Assembly (NCBI GenBank): GCA_040901675.1
Contig: JBBDYJ010000038.1
Span: 201,376 to 265,375 of the forward strand
Direction of reading: 5' to 3'
Origin: Pirellulales bacterium
GTDB taxonomy: Bacteria > Planctomycetota > Planctomycetia > Pirellulales > JAICIG01
DNA length: 64,000 nt
Shown: piece by piece, positions 30,391 through 40,604 of the stretch
Position numbering within the stretch: the stretch's first letter is position 1
Layout of the letters: each line of letters opens with the position of its first letter
Made by a program: the position numbers and the translations under genes
Notes under the pieces: generated by a model
Seen by the model: only the letters and a program-made list of their open reading frames with translations
The model's database searches: none
Told to the model about the DNA's origin: nothing

Positions 30391-31329
30391 TCAGTTCTTT
30401 TTCGAAGCCCGCCCAACGGCTCCGGCCCTCTCGGGCACGCTCGTGCGGGCCTGTGTGCTGGCCAGCCCCGGGCTCACGGCGGGCTCATCGTCGTTCTGGT
30501 CAGCGCTGTTCTGGTCGGCGCTGTTCCGGTCGGCCATGTGATGCGCTTGCGAGGCAATGCCCATCGCCGCCACCAGCTCCTGCCCGGAGAAATAAGAATA
30601 TCTCCGGCCGTCGAGACGCTTGATGCTCTTGGCGGCCAGCTCTTCCCACGACATCTCGCTGGCCAGGTTCCAGGCCGCTGCTTGGGCTGCCCGCTGGCTC
30701 ACCGAGCCGGAACCGAGCAAGACGCACAGCTCACGCACGGCGGGCTTGTCGGTGAAGCTGTCGATCGGCTGGATTACATACGGAATGGCGGGCCGCGGCT
30801 CCGCCTTGCCGTGCTCCAGGCAGATACAGGTCACGGTGAGACGGCCAACCTTTTCGGCCGGCACATTCATCATGCCCATGCCGCCTCCCATCCCGCCACC
30901 ACCACCCCCCATGCCGCCACCCCCCATGCCGCCGCCCATGCCCTGGCCGCCGCCACCACCACCCCCCATGCCGCCGCCGCCACCCCCCATGCCGCCCATG
31001 CCGCCCATCTGGGCCAGCACGGGGACGGCCGCGAAGGCCTCGGGCAGCTTGACGTTCAAGGGTTTGTCGGTCTTGTTGGTGATCATCACCCGTGCCTGGG
31101 TCGAGTCCTTGGGGATGAACTTGACGGCGATTTGCCCCGACTCCATCGCCTGGAACATCTCGACCGACTCGTGGGCCGGATTGTACTCGCCTAGCTTCAG
31201 GCGCCGCTCGGTCGTCTTGCCCCGCGGAGCAGCCGAAGCTGGAACCGTCAGCGCAACGGTCAGCAGGCCAACCAGCACCGGCGCCAGACAATACATCGCC
31301 TTGAATGCCTTACGGTCGAGCGAAGTCAT
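30391..31329 (-). CDS. Exported hypothetical protein with a Gly/Met-rich insert
   Basis: Signal-like helix; QMGGMGG...GMMNVPAEK; CLEHGK motif; AQAAAW. Confidence 0.8.
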   Translation of the reverse strand: MTSLDRKAFKAMYCLAPVLVGLLTVALTVPASAAPRGKTTERRLKLGEYNPAHESVEMFQAMESGQIAVKFIPKDSTQARVMITNKTDKPLNVKLPEAFAAVPVLAQMGGMGGMGGGGGGMGGGGGGGQGMGGGMGGGGMGGGGGGMGGGMGMMNVPAEKVGRLTVTCICLEHGKAEPRPAIPYVIQPIDSFTDKPAVRELCVLLGSGSVSQRAAQAAAWNLASEMSWEELAAKSIKRLDGRRYSYFSGQELVAAMGIASQAHHMADRNSADQNSADQNDDEPAVSPGLASTQARTSVPERAGAVGRASKKN

Positions 31330-31511
31330 TTCCAAATCCTCCCAGGCTCTTGTTCCGCGGAGTTTTACACACAGGCGGGATATCCGCCGGCGCATGCAAG
31401 CTTGAGAACGCCCCTACTTTTGTCCAGGTTAACCGCCCCGGACCCGGAAGCCAAGCAAAAAGTGCCCCGCGGCGGCCCTTTTTAAGACCGGCCAGGCCCA
31501 CTCGACCGCCC

Positions 31512-32828
31512 TCAGCGGCCTTTTGCCCCCTCCTGGCCCCTCTGGCCGTCGGCCAAGGGAAGTTCGACCGCCACCAGTTCCTGGTCGTCCCTGGCGTACA
31601 CCATCCGCCCCGCATAGGCCGGGTGAGCCCAGGTCGGGCCGAGTATCCCCACGCGTGACTGCTCCTGGTAGCCTTGCGGATTCAGCCGGGCCAGGATCAG
31701 CTCCCCCTCGGAATTGAGGATCATCGCCCGGTCGCCGTCCCCCAGCCAGACCAGCGAGGCCTGGGGATTTCGGCCTCGAGGCGTCGCCTTGTTCCCGTCG
31801 TCCCAGAGTTTCCGGCCGCTCCGCAGCTCGAAGCAGGTCAGCCCGAACCGCTTGTCGAGCAGGTAGGCAAAGCCATCGCGATACAACGGCTGCGACATCA
31901 GTCCCCGTAGCGAGTCGTTGTCTTCCCAGGCCAGCTCGACTTCGCTCCGCCGGCCGCCAAGTCGAATCGCCTTGGATCCCTCCCAATAGCCGGCCACGAA
32001 GACCAGACCCTCCTGGCAGATCGGCGTGGCGATGGAAACGCCATACGTGACCTTGTACGGCACGCTCCACTCGATTTGCCCCGTCCGCGGAGACAGTCCC
32101 AACACGCGCTCGGGAGTCCACGCCACCAATTGCGGCCCGCCGGCGCGGTCGATCACGATCGGGGTGGCATAGCCGGCCGGGTCGCTCGAGCTGCGCCACA
32201 CCTCGCGGCCGTCGTCGCGGTCGAAGGCCATCAGGCACCCGCCCGGCTCCGCGGCCACGTGTACGATGACCAGATTCTCATGGATCAACGGCGAAGCCGC
32301 AAAGCCCCACTCGGGAATCCGGGCGTTGAACTCTTCGACGCAGTCGTGCGACCAGGCGATCGAGCCGTCGGCGGCGTTGAGGCAGCGGACATGTCCCACG
32401 GCTCCCAACGTGTAGACGCGGCCTTCGAACACCGTGGGGGCCGCCCTTGGGCCGCTGCCGTAATCGAGCTCGCCGTACGTGACCTTGTATTCATCGCGCC
32501 ATAATGGCTGCCCCGTGGCGGCGTCGAAACAGAGGACTCGCTCGACTTCTTGCGGCTGCTGCTGCCGGTCCATGACAAACACGCGGCCGCCGGCCACCGA
32601 CACCCCGGCATAACCGCCGCCGATCGCCTGCCGCCACCTGACGCGCAGCCCCTCGGCCGGCCAGGCTTCGGGCAGCTTGGGGCCCTGCCAGGTGCCGTCG
32701 CCGTGCGGGCCGCGCCAACGAGGCCATTCCTCGGCCGGCGCGTCGGACGCCAAGATCAGCGAGACCACGATCGCCGCGCCCCAGAGGCTCCGTCCCACCG
32801 GGCGAGAGTCAGCGCACTTCATCCGCAT
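31512..32828 (-). CDS. PQQ-binding-like beta-propeller protein
   Basis: EEWPRWRGPHGDG, GPRAAP, GYATP, TWAHPA. Confidence 0.9.
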   Translation of the reverse strand: MRMKCADSRPVGRSLWGAAIVVSLILASDAPAEEWPRWRGPHGDGTWQGPKLPEAWPAEGLRVRWRQAIGGGYAGVSVAGGRVFVMDRQQQPQEVERVLCFDAATGQPLWRDEYKVTYGELDYGSGPRAAPTVFEGRVYTLGAVGHVRCLNAADGSIAWSHDCVEEFNARIPEWGFAASPLIHENLVIVHVAAEPGGCLMAFDRDDGREVWRSSSDPAGYATPIVIDRAGGPQLVAWTPERVLGLSPRTGQIEWSVPYKVTYGVSIATPICQEGLVFVAGYWEGSKAIRLGGRRSEVELAWEDNDSLRGLMSQPLYRDGFAYLLDKRFGLTCFELRSGRKLWDDGNKATPRGRNPQASLVWLGDGDRAMILNSEGELILARLNPQGYQEQSRVGILGPTWAHPAYAGRMVYARDDQELVAVELPLADGQRGQEGAKGR

Positions 32829-32832
32829 TGGG

Positions 32833-33004
32833 GCCTCCGAAGATCAACTGACGGATTCCGCTTCACTGGTGGCCGAGTCACTTGACGCGGTGGGGCAGTT
32901 CGACGGCATGGTTTCGGCGCCCTCTCGGATCCGAACCGGCACATTCCAGACCACGCTGCCCACTTTGCACAGGCCGCCGTCTTGCTGGCAGTAGTAGTAG
33001 TCAG
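32833..33004 (-). repeat. Diverged, frameshifted duplicate of the 3' end and downstream spacer of the Trx-NHL gene (partner 33777-33950)
   Basis: Encodes YYYCQQDGGLCKVGSVVWNVPVRIREGAET versus YYYCQESGGLCKVGSVVWNVPIRIREGAET. Confidence 0.9.
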
Positions 33005-33035
33005 CCGACCATCCCATTTTCTCACTAAACCCGAC

Positions 33036-33437
33036 CTAGTCGTCGAGGGAGTAGCTCCCCTCCTCCATCAACGCGGCTCGCAGCGCAACCCGATACGACA
33101 GATTGACTGCAAGCACATCGATCGTTACCCGTCCAACGTCGGTCTTGCCAACGAGGTACGGCCCATTCCATTCAAAATGATCGGGCCAGGCATCGGTTCG
33201 GGGGTGAAACAACGGGACGTGCTTGCCTTCCAGGTAGCCCGCGGCGAGTGCTCCCTTGTGAGAATTGCAGCGTTCGCAACTCAAGGCCAGATTCTCCGAG
33301 ACCGTCGGACCGTGGAGTTTCTCTGGGATGATGTGATCGATCTGGAAAGGAAGCAGGGCGATATCGGCGGGGAACTTGCAGTATTCACAGCGGCCTTTCG
33401 CACGCTCCCAGACACGCTGCTCGAGGTCGCGATCCAT
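33036..33437 (-). CDS. HNH endonuclease
   Basis: RAKGRCEYC, IDHIIP, NLALSCERCNSHKG, LFHPRTDAWPDHF. Confidence 0.92.
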   Translation of the reverse strand: MDRDLEQRVWERAKGRCEYCKFPADIALLPFQIDHIIPEKLHGPTVSENLALSCERCNSHKGALAAGYLEGKHVPLFHPRTDAWPDHFEWNGPYLVGKTDVGRVTIDVLAVNLSYRVALRAALMEEGSYSLDD

Positions 33438-33444
33438 CGCAGAC

Positions 33445-33729
33445 TCACGGCGACAATCCGGCTTGCTTCAACGAAACTCGTGCCTTGGATTGGATCAACT
33501 CAAGCAGCGCCGTAATGAGCTCGTAATCCTCCAACTGCGACTGCTCCCCGGCCGTGAGCGCCCCCTTGCGGGCCTTCGAGGCAAGATGGTTTACTCGGTC
33601 GCGGTCGTACTGCGAGAGCTTGAATTCAAGCATCGCGCGAGCGGCCTCGGCGGGCATCCCGCCTTCATTCGGCTTGATCGTGCGGATCAGGATTTCAGCC
33701 CCGTGATCGCGTGTCGTGGTGGAATGCAT
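33445..33729 (-). CDS. Small partner protein upstream of the HNH gene (antitoxin-like)
   Basis: RVNHLASKARKGALTAGEQSQLEDY...LIQSKAR; tightly linked to the HNH gene. Confidence 0.75.
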   Translation of the reverse strand: MHSTTTRDHGAEILIRTIKPNEGGMPAEAARAMLEFKLSQYDRDRVNHLASKARKGALTAGEQSQLEDYELITALLELIQSKARVSLKQAGLSP

Positions 33730-33758
33730 GCCGATTCTCGACGGACAAGGTCAACCGC

Positions 33759-33767
33759 ATTATAGCA
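33759..33767 (-). promoter_or_regulatory. Extended -10 promoter of the HNH cassette
   Basis: TGCTATAAT on the minus strand about 30 nt upstream of ATG 33729. Confidence 0.55.
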
Positions 33768-33821
33768 CAACCTGATGCCTCCGAAAGATCACTGACGGAT
33801 TCCGCTTCAGTCGTGGTCGGG

Positions 33822-35891
33822 TCACTGGACACGGTGGGGCAGGTCGATGGCGTTGGTTTCGGCGCCCTCTCGAATGCGGATCGGCACATTCCACACTACG
33901 CTGCCCACTTTGCACAGGCCGCCCGACTCCTGGCAGTAGTAATAAGTCAGAGAGACTTTCAGGGTCGTCTGCCCTTGGCTCGATGTCAGTGGCAGGCGGA
34001 TATCGAACTCGGGCTGCGGCGTGGCCAACCTCGTCGCCATGCCCAGCACCGAGGGATCGACGGGACCGCCGCTATCCACCGCATCGACGCGATAACGCGT
34101 GGGGGCCAGGTCGTTCATTTTGTATCCCGGCGGCAAGTTCAAGCGGACCGTCAGCAACAGCTCGCCCTGTTCGCCCTGGACCAGCACCTCGCGCAATCGC
34201 ACGTGCTCGGCTCCGGCCAGCGCCACCTCGCCGGAGTCGGCCGCCTGGGGAGGATCGAGTGCGTCGATATCGAGCGTCGTTACGCTTTCGTGGGCCAGAT
34301 CGATCACGCGGATGCGGTGCTGGTTGGTATCGGCCACGTACAGCTTGCCGGCCGCCGCGCTCAGGCCGGCCGGCTCGTCGAAGAGCGGTCCGTCGGCCGC
34401 CGACGCGGCATGCTGCGCGATGGTCTGCACTCTTTGCTCGCGTGGATCGACGACCTTGATCTTGCTGTTGTACGTGTCGGCCACGTACAGCCGCTCTCGG
34501 TGCCAGACCACGCCGAGCGGGTGCTGCAGCCGGGCCAGAGGCAAAGGGCCATCGACGTCGCCAAAAACGAAAAGCCGGTCGGCAGCCAGGTGGGCCGTGC
34601 CGATCACCGTCTTCACCAAGCCGGTCGGCGCCAGTGGCACGGCGCGAATCGAGCTCCCCTCGCTGTCGGCCACGTACAACCAGCGGCCGTCGGAAGCCAA
34701 GCCGCTGGGCTGGGCGAAGCAGGCCGACGGTTGCGATCCGCTGCGCGGCACCAGCGGGCCATCCACGATGTCTTCCACGCCGCTGCCGGCATGAACGCCG
34801 ATCTGGCGTTCGTCCAGGGCCATCCTCCAGATCTGGTGCGGCCCTGCCATGGCGATGTACAGCTCATCTCCGTGGATCCACAGGTCCCAGGGGCTGGCCA
34901 AGCGGGTCCGGATCGGAACGCCCACGTTGCGCCGGCTCTGCGGCCGTGCCTCGCGGCGCTGCTGGCCCGTGCCGGCGATGGTCGCGACCTGCTTCGTTCG
35001 AAGGTCCACTTTGCGCAGCATGTGGTTCTGGGTGTCGGCCACGTAGAGAGTATCGCCGCGCAGCGCCATTCCCTGGGGATTATTGAACGTGGCCTGGTCG
35101 TAGCGGCCGTTGTCCCGGCCCACGGCGCCCGTGCCGATGACGTCGACGAGCTGGCCGTCGAGCCGGGTGATCACGATGCGGTTATGATTGCTGTCGGCGA
35201 TGAACAGGCGGTCGCCCGCCTCGTCGGCCAGCAGCTTGCCCGGAAAGCGCAGCGGCGTGTCCTGGGCCTGGTGATGCTCCAGGTTGAACTCCAGGGGCGT
35301 TTCGTCCAGCACTCCCTTGCGGCGATAGTAGGGCAGGGCGTTGCGGATCACGCGGTCGAGGGCGGCGAACTCGACCTCGCCTTTCGTCCCGGCCACCAGG
35401 TTGCCCTCGGGATCGATCAGCTGCAGAGTCGGCCAGGTATCAACGCCGAAACGCCTCCACAACACGAAGTCGGGATCGTTGACCACGGGATGGGCGATCT
35501 GGTATCGCAGCACCGCCGCGCGGATGTTGTCGGCGTCCCTTTCCGTGACGAACTTGCCGGAGTGCACTCCGATGACGACCAGGTTGCCCGGGTGGGCCAG
35601 TTCCAGCTTCTTCAGCTCGGGCAGGATATGGATGCAATTGATGCAGCAATAGGTCCAGAAATCCAGGAGCACGAACTTGCCGCGGAGCATCGGCAGATCG
35701 AGCGGCGCATCGACATTGATCCATTCGCTGCCTCCGGCGAGCGAAGGCGCCGGCCGGCTGTTTGCAAACGGAAACTTGCCGGCCGCCTGGCCGTGTGCGG
35801 CCCGGCCCCACCCGGCCAGCGACCCAGCGGCCAGCGAAAAAGCGGCCAATAGGAGTACCGCCCCAGTCCAGCGGCGCGTGGCTGTCGACAT
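33822..35891 (-). CDS. Exported thioredoxin plus NHL-repeat protein (NHLRC2/SOQ1-like)
   Basis: DFWTYCCINC, LRFPGK, IADSNHNRI, FAQPSG, LQHPLG, C-terminal YYC...GLC. Confidence 0.92.
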   Translation of the reverse strand: MSTATRRWTGAVLLLAAFSLAAGSLAGWGRAAHGQAAGKFPFANSRPAPSLAGGSEWINVDAPLDLPMLRGKFVLLDFWTYCCINCIHILPELKKLELAHPGNLVVIGVHSGKFVTERDADNIRAAVLRYQIAHPVVNDPDFVLWRRFGVDTWPTLQLIDPEGNLVAGTKGEVEFAALDRVIRNALPYYRRKGVLDETPLEFNLEHHQAQDTPLRFPGKLLADEAGDRLFIADSNHNRIVITRLDGQLVDVIGTGAVGRDNGRYDQATFNNPQGMALRGDTLYVADTQNHMLRKVDLRTKQVATIAGTGQQRREARPQSRRNVGVPIRTRLASPWDLWIHGDELYIAMAGPHQIWRMALDERQIGVHAGSGVEDIVDGPLVPRSGSQPSACFAQPSGLASDGRWLYVADSEGSSIRAVPLAPTGLVKTVIGTAHLAADRLFVFGDVDGPLPLARLQHPLGVVWHRERLYVADTYNSKIKVVDPREQRVQTIAQHAASAADGPLFDEPAGLSAAAGKLYVADTNQHRIRVIDLAHESVTTLDIDALDPPQAADSGEVALAGAEHVRLREVLVQGEQGELLLTVRLNLPPGYKMNDLAPTRYRVDAVDSGGPVDPSVLGMATRLATPQPEFDIRLPLTSSQGQTTLKVSLTYYYCQESGGLCKVGSVVWNVPIRIREGAETNAIDLPHRVQ

Positions 35892-36244
35892 GGCAGTGGC
35901 CCCTTGGGTTGGATGCGTGTGGGGGGATTGCGAGCGGTAGGCTCTGGATATGGTACCCCGCGAGGGGGCGTGGGGCAACGGGCAGGTCAGATGGCTAGTG
36001 GCTAGTGGTCAGTGGCTGGTGGTCAGTGGCCGTGGTCACGCGGATCGGAGAGGGACGGACGAATGCCTCTCGCCAAGGCGGCTTTATCAATGTCTTTGTG
36101 CCGGCGGGGAGCTGCGTCTTGCCGAGCGAGTGGCTAATCTCGCTCGTCTTGAAGTGGCGGCCAATAATTGATCCGACAAGCCGGCAGCTCTTTTTTAAGC
36201 AACTGGACCGCCTCACTCACCTGTCTGACCGGTTCGATAAGGGA

Positions 36245-36331
36245 AACGGACGAAAGACTGGGGCACGCTTATCGCTTTGCCCCAGCCACCCGGCTCGCTC
36301 GAATCTGTCGAAGTTGTTTTTCGGTCGTTCC
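36245..36331 (+). repeat. REP-like palindrome family A
   Basis: Matches 21376-21455. Confidence 0.8.
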
Positions 36332-37441
36332 TCAGGCAACGAACCGCGGGCTGTGGGGGAGGCCGAAGGTGGCGGCGACCGCCTGATTGGTAACCTCGTG
36401 GTCCATGATGTTCACGGCACGGGCGATCGGCTTCAAGGTTTGCGCGGCCGCAAGGATGCCGCGGTTGGCAATCTCCAACGCCCAGGGGAGCGTGACGTTG
36501 CACAAGGCGTAGGTGCTGGTGCGGCCCACCGCGCCGGGCATGTTGGTCACGCAATAGTGCAGCACCTGCTCGACGATGTAGGTTGGCTCGCTGTGCGTCG
36601 TGGGCCGGCTGGTCGCCACGCAGCCCCCCTGGTCGATCGCCACGTCGATGATCACGCTGCCCGGCTGCATTAGCCTCAGATCCTCTTCGTCGATCAGCCG
36701 CGGCGCCTTGGCGCCGGGAATCAACACCGCCCCGATCACCAGGTCGGCCCGCTTGAGCTGCTCGCGGATCGTGTGCCGGTCGCTGAACAGGCAGTCCACG
36801 TTGGGCGGCATCACGTCGTCCAGATACCGCAGGCGATCCATGTTGATGTCCAACAGCCCGATGTTCGCGCCGAAGCCGGCGGCCACCTTGGCGGCATTGG
36901 CGCCCACCACCCCGCCGCCCAGGATCGTTATGTTCGCGGGAGCCACGCCGGGCACGCCCCCCAGCAGGATGCCCCGCCCCATCTGGGGCCGCTCCAGGTA
37001 CTTGGCCCCCTCCTGGATGCTCATGCGGCCGGCGACTTCGCTCATGGGCGTCAGAAGCGGAAGCTGCCCGCGCTCGTCGCGGAGCGTCTCGTAGGCCACG
37101 GCCGTGACCCCCGATTCCAGCACGGCCTGCGTCAGCTCCCGGTCGGCCGCGAAGTGAAAGTAGGTGAAGATCACCTGCCCGGGCCGCAACAGGGGCCACT
37201 CGGAGGGGAGCGGCTCCTTGACCTTGATCACCAGGTCGGCCCGGGTGTACAGCTCGCCGGGATCGTGGAGCAACTCGGCGCCGTTCTCGAGGTAGCGGTC
37301 GTCGGGGATGCCCGAACCGAGCCCCGCGCCGGCTTCGACGAGCACCTGGTGACCGGCGCGCGTGAGCTCCTCCACGCCCACCGGCAGCAGGGCGACGCGG
37401 TACTCATCGCGTTTGATCTCTCTGGGGACTCCGACGATCAA
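36332..37441 (-). CDS. ald: Alanine dehydrogenase
   Basis: MIVGVPREIK..EYRVAL, KVKEP, PMSEVAGRM, DVAIDQGGC, YCVTNMPGAV. Confidence 0.96.
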   Translation of the reverse strand: MIVGVPREIKRDEYRVALLPVGVEELTRAGHQVLVEAGAGLGSGIPDDRYLENGAELLHDPGELYTRADLVIKVKEPLPSEWPLLRPGQVIFTYFHFAADRELTQAVLESGVTAVAYETLRDERGQLPLLTPMSEVAGRMSIQEGAKYLERPQMGRGILLGGVPGVAPANITILGGGVVGANAAKVAAGFGANIGLLDINMDRLRYLDDVMPPNVDCLFSDRHTIREQLKRADLVIGAVLIPGAKAPRLIDEEDLRLMQPGSVIIDVAIDQGGCVATSRPTTHSEPTYIVEQVLHYCVTNMPGAVGRTSTYALCNVTLPWALEIANRGILAAAQTLKPIARAVNIMDHEVTNQAVAATFGLPHSPRFVA

Positions 37442-37545
37442 CGATTCACCCTCGTGCAGAATGCCAACAGGGCCTTCCTTCTATCAACAAGCCGCCCGGG
37501 CGGCAAGCGGCTGTGCGACACACGCGAGCGGACAATAGGCGGCCG

Positions 37546-38916
37546 TCACTCGCCCGTCAATTGGGCCTCGTCGCCGGCCGGCTCGCGGCCGCCGGGCTGG
37601 CCGCTTTCGCGCTTGCGGAGGTAGAGCTTGATAGGCACCTCGGGAAACGGCAGGTGGTCGCGGAAGACGCCCAGCAGATAGCGGCGATAGGGAAGCGAGA
37701 GGGCGGCCGGATCGCTGCAGAAGAGCACGATGGTGGGCGGCTCGACGCCGACCTGGGTGGCGTAATAGATCTTCGGGGCCCGGCGCCGGTAGAGCGGCGG
37801 CGGGCTGTGCTCGATGGCCGCCCGCAGCAGCTTGTTCAAGTCGGCGGTGCCCACGCGCTGGCGGGCCTGCTTGTAGAGCATCTGGGCGTGGTTCAACAGC
37901 GCCTTGACGTTCTTGCCCGTCTGGCCGGTGATGAAGGCGATCGGCGCGTAGCGCATGGTGCGGAAGGTGTCGTGCAGGTAAGCCACCCATTTCTCGGTCG
38001 GCATGCCGCCGGCGTACAAGTCCCACTTGTTCACGACGAAGATGCACGGCTTGTACTGCTCGGCCACGTACTCGGCGAGCTGCTTGTCGACCTTGCTGAT
38101 CCGCTCGGCCGGATCGAAGAACAACAGCACCACGTCGGCCCGGCGGATACTGCGCTCGGCCCGGTGCGTGCTGTAGAAGTCGATGTCGGTGGTGATGCTC
38201 TTGCGCCGCTTCAATCCCGGCGTGTCGATGGCCATGAAGGCCTTGCCGTCCAGCTCGAACCGCACGTCGATGCTGTCGCGGGTGGTGCCCGGCACCTCGC
38301 TGACGATGATTCGTTCTGCCTGGGCCAGCGTGTTGACGAAGGTGCTCTTGCCCGTGTTCCGCTTCCCCACGATCGCCACCTTCATCGTCGGTTCGGGGGG
38401 CAGCGGCTCCGAGCCGGGCTCCGGCAGCCGCTCGTAGATTGCGTCGAGCAGCTCCTGCCGGCCGCGGTTCTCGCGGGTGCTGACGCGGACCAGCTTGCCG
38501 CGGCCCAGGCGATAGAATTCGTCGGCGTGGGCGTCGAGCGACGGGGCGTCGGTCTTGTTCGCCACGCAGATCACCGGCGCGCTGGCGTAGCGCAATCGCT
38601 TGGCGACCTCTTCGTCCAAGGGAACCAGGCCCTCCCGCGTATCGAGCACGAACAACAGGACCGAGGCCGAATCGATCGCCACCTCGATCTGCTGCTCGAT
38701 GTGAGCGGTGAGGTTGTCCACGTCGTCGATGCCCATGCCGCCCGTATCGACCACTTCGAAGTACTTTTCGCCGATGCACATCAGGAAAGTCTGGCGGTCG
38801 CGGGTCACGCCGGCCGAATCGTCGACGATCGCCAGCCGCTTGTTCACCAGCCAATTGAACAAGCTCGACTTGCCCACGTTAGGCCGCCCGACGATGACGA
38901 CTTGAGGAAGACCCAT
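37546..38916 (-). CDS. der: Ribosome biogenesis GTPase Der (EngA)
   Basis: Two G domains: GRPNVGKS/DTGG/NKTD and GKRNTGKS/DTPG/NKWD; C-terminal KH-like domain. Confidence 0.95.
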   Translation of the reverse strand: MGLPQVVIVGRPNVGKSSLFNWLVNKRLAIVDDSAGVTRDRQTFLMCIGEKYFEVVDTGGMGIDDVDNLTAHIEQQIEVAIDSASVLLFVLDTREGLVPLDEEVAKRLRYASAPVICVANKTDAPSLDAHADEFYRLGRGKLVRVSTRENRGRQELLDAIYERLPEPGSEPLPPEPTMKVAIVGKRNTGKSTFVNTLAQAERIIVSEVPGTTRDSIDVRFELDGKAFMAIDTPGLKRRKSITTDIDFYSTHRAERSIRRADVVLLFFDPAERISKVDKQLAEYVAEQYKPCIFVVNKWDLYAGGMPTEKWVAYLHDTFRTMRYAPIAFITGQTGKNVKALLNHAQMLYKQARQRVGTADLNKLLRAAIEHSPPPLYRRRAPKIYYATQVGVEPPTIVLFCSDPAALSLPYRRYLLGVFRDHLPFPEVPIKLYLRKRESGQPGGREPAGDEAQLTGE

Positions 38917-39177
38917 ACCGAGCGCTCGACTCACGGGCGAAAAACCGGCCGCCCAGGCGGGTGTGCGGGCGGGCAAGGCGGATTGACACTGCTTGATCCG
39001 CTTCCGGCGGACCGCGATCACCCCAACCAGCCAGAGCAGCGTGACGGCCTTCGTCACGCAGTTGCCACGCGGCCGCCGCTGCCGAGTGCGATCGCCTCAA
39101 TCCGTACCATGGATTCTATTTCAAAGGGGCCCCGCGGGACAGCGGCAAACTGCGCGCTGGGGCGCCGCCGGCGAACT

Positions 39178-40359
39178 TCAGCGGACCACTTCCAAGTCGT
39201 CGAGCGCCTCTTGGAGTTCACGGATGGCCGTCTCGCTGGTTCGGGTCCGCCGCAAGTACAGCTCCTTCAGCCCCGAAAGGTCCTTGAGCCGGGCCAGCCC
39301 GGCATCCGTGACGGCCGTGTCGGCCAGGTTCAGCCCCGTCAGTGCCCGTTGGCCGGCCAGATGCCCCAGGGCCTCGTCGCTAATCCGGGTGCCGCTGAGG
39401 TTCAGGAACTCCAGTGCCGGCAGGCTGGCCAGATGAGACAAGCCGTCGCCCTCGATCGAACAGCCCGCGAGCGAAAGCCACTGCAGCCGCTCCAGGCCGG
39501 CCAGGTGCGCCAATCCCGGGTCGGTCACCTGCGTGTTGACCAGCTCGAGCGTCTCGAGCCGCTTGAAACGCCGCAGGTGGGCCAATCCCTCGTCGCCGGC
39601 CCGCGTGTTTCCCAACGACAGCCACTCCAGCCGCTCCAGCGGCTCCAGGTGCGCCAGCCCCCGGTCGCCGACGGCCGTGTAATCGAGCCAAAGCGAGTCC
39701 AAGGCGGTCAATGTTCGTAGGCTGGCCAGTCCCTCGTCGGTCACCGCGGTCCAAGACAGCTTGAGCGACTTGAGCTGAGTGAGCGAGCGCAGATGAGCCA
39801 GTCCCGCGTCGCCCACGCCGGTGTCGAACATCCACAGGCCTTCGAGTTGCCGCAGTGCGGACAAGTGGGCCAGACCTTCGTCGTCGACCCTGGTCCAACT
39901 CAGGTTCAGCCACTTCAAGCGGGGCAGCCGGGCCACGCGGGCCAGCCCCTGGTTGGAGATCCTGGTGTCGTGCAGCCAAAGGCCCTCCAGCCGCTTCAGG
40001 CCTTCCAGGTACGCAAGCCCCGCATCCGTGACCCGCGTCTGGCCGAGGTAGAGCTGCCGGAGCTCGACGAGCCCGGCGATATGTTTCAGCCCGTCGTCGC
40101 TGACGTTCGTGCGGCTGAGACTGAGCGTCTCGACGTTCTTCAGATCGCCGAGCCAGCGGAGCCCCTCGTCGCCGCCGGCCCAAGTGACTGCCAGGCCGGC
40201 CGGGCCCTCGCCGGCTTCGCCCGTCTCGATCCGGCCGCCAAGTTGCTCAATGGCTCGCCGAGCCTTGCTTGGCCCGTCTTGGGCATCCTGCCCTTCAGCC
40301 GGGCCGGGCGGGGCGGCCCAAGCCAGAAGCACGGCGGCAATGAGAACGGCTCGGCGCAT
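39178..40359 (-). CDS. Exported leucine-rich-repeat protein
   Basis: Signal peptide plus about 13 24-aa repeats LxxLxLxxTxVxDxGLxxL. Confidence 0.92.
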   Translation of the reverse strand: MRRAVLIAAVLLAWAAPPGPAEGQDAQDGPSKARRAIEQLGGRIETGEAGEGPAGLAVTWAGGDEGLRWLGDLKNVETLSLSRTNVSDDGLKHIAGLVELRQLYLGQTRVTDAGLAYLEGLKRLEGLWLHDTRISNQGLARVARLPRLKWLNLSWTRVDDEGLAHLSALRQLEGLWMFDTGVGDAGLAHLRSLTQLKSLKLSWTAVTDEGLASLRTLTALDSLWLDYTAVGDRGLAHLEPLERLEWLSLGNTRAGDEGLAHLRRFKRLETLELVNTQVTDPGLAHLAGLERLQWLSLAGCSIEGDGLSHLASLPALEFLNLSGTRISDEALGHLAGQRALTGLNLADTAVTDAGLARLKDLSGLKELYLRRTRTSETAIRELQEALDDLEVVR

Positions 40360-40565
40360 CGGAGGGGGGCGGAAGGCGGAAGTCAGAGGGCAGAGGTCAG
40401 AAGACGGAAGTCAGAAGTCAAAGGTCAAGGTTCCGTCTGCCTGTCGAGAGCCTCTAGGCCGAACGGCGGCAGACGTGCAGCACGGTCGCGGGGCGTCAGA
40501 GCAATCATACAACAGGGAAAATAGAAGGCGGAAGGCGGAAGGCAGAAGGAGGAAGGACGAGGAGG

Positions 40566-40588
40566 AAACGGAATGAATTCCGTTCTAC
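40566..40588. repeat. GTAG-type REP (inverted GTAGAACGGAATTCATTCCGTT)
   Basis: Same family as 48635-48726. Confidence 0.7.
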
Positions 40589-40604
40589 GTGCTAGAATCA
40601 AGCG

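Noticed and set aside
32833..33950. Diversity-generating retroelement TR/VR pair
   Set aside because: Mismatches are not confined to adenines of one copy, indels are present, and no reverse transcriptase gene is in the window.
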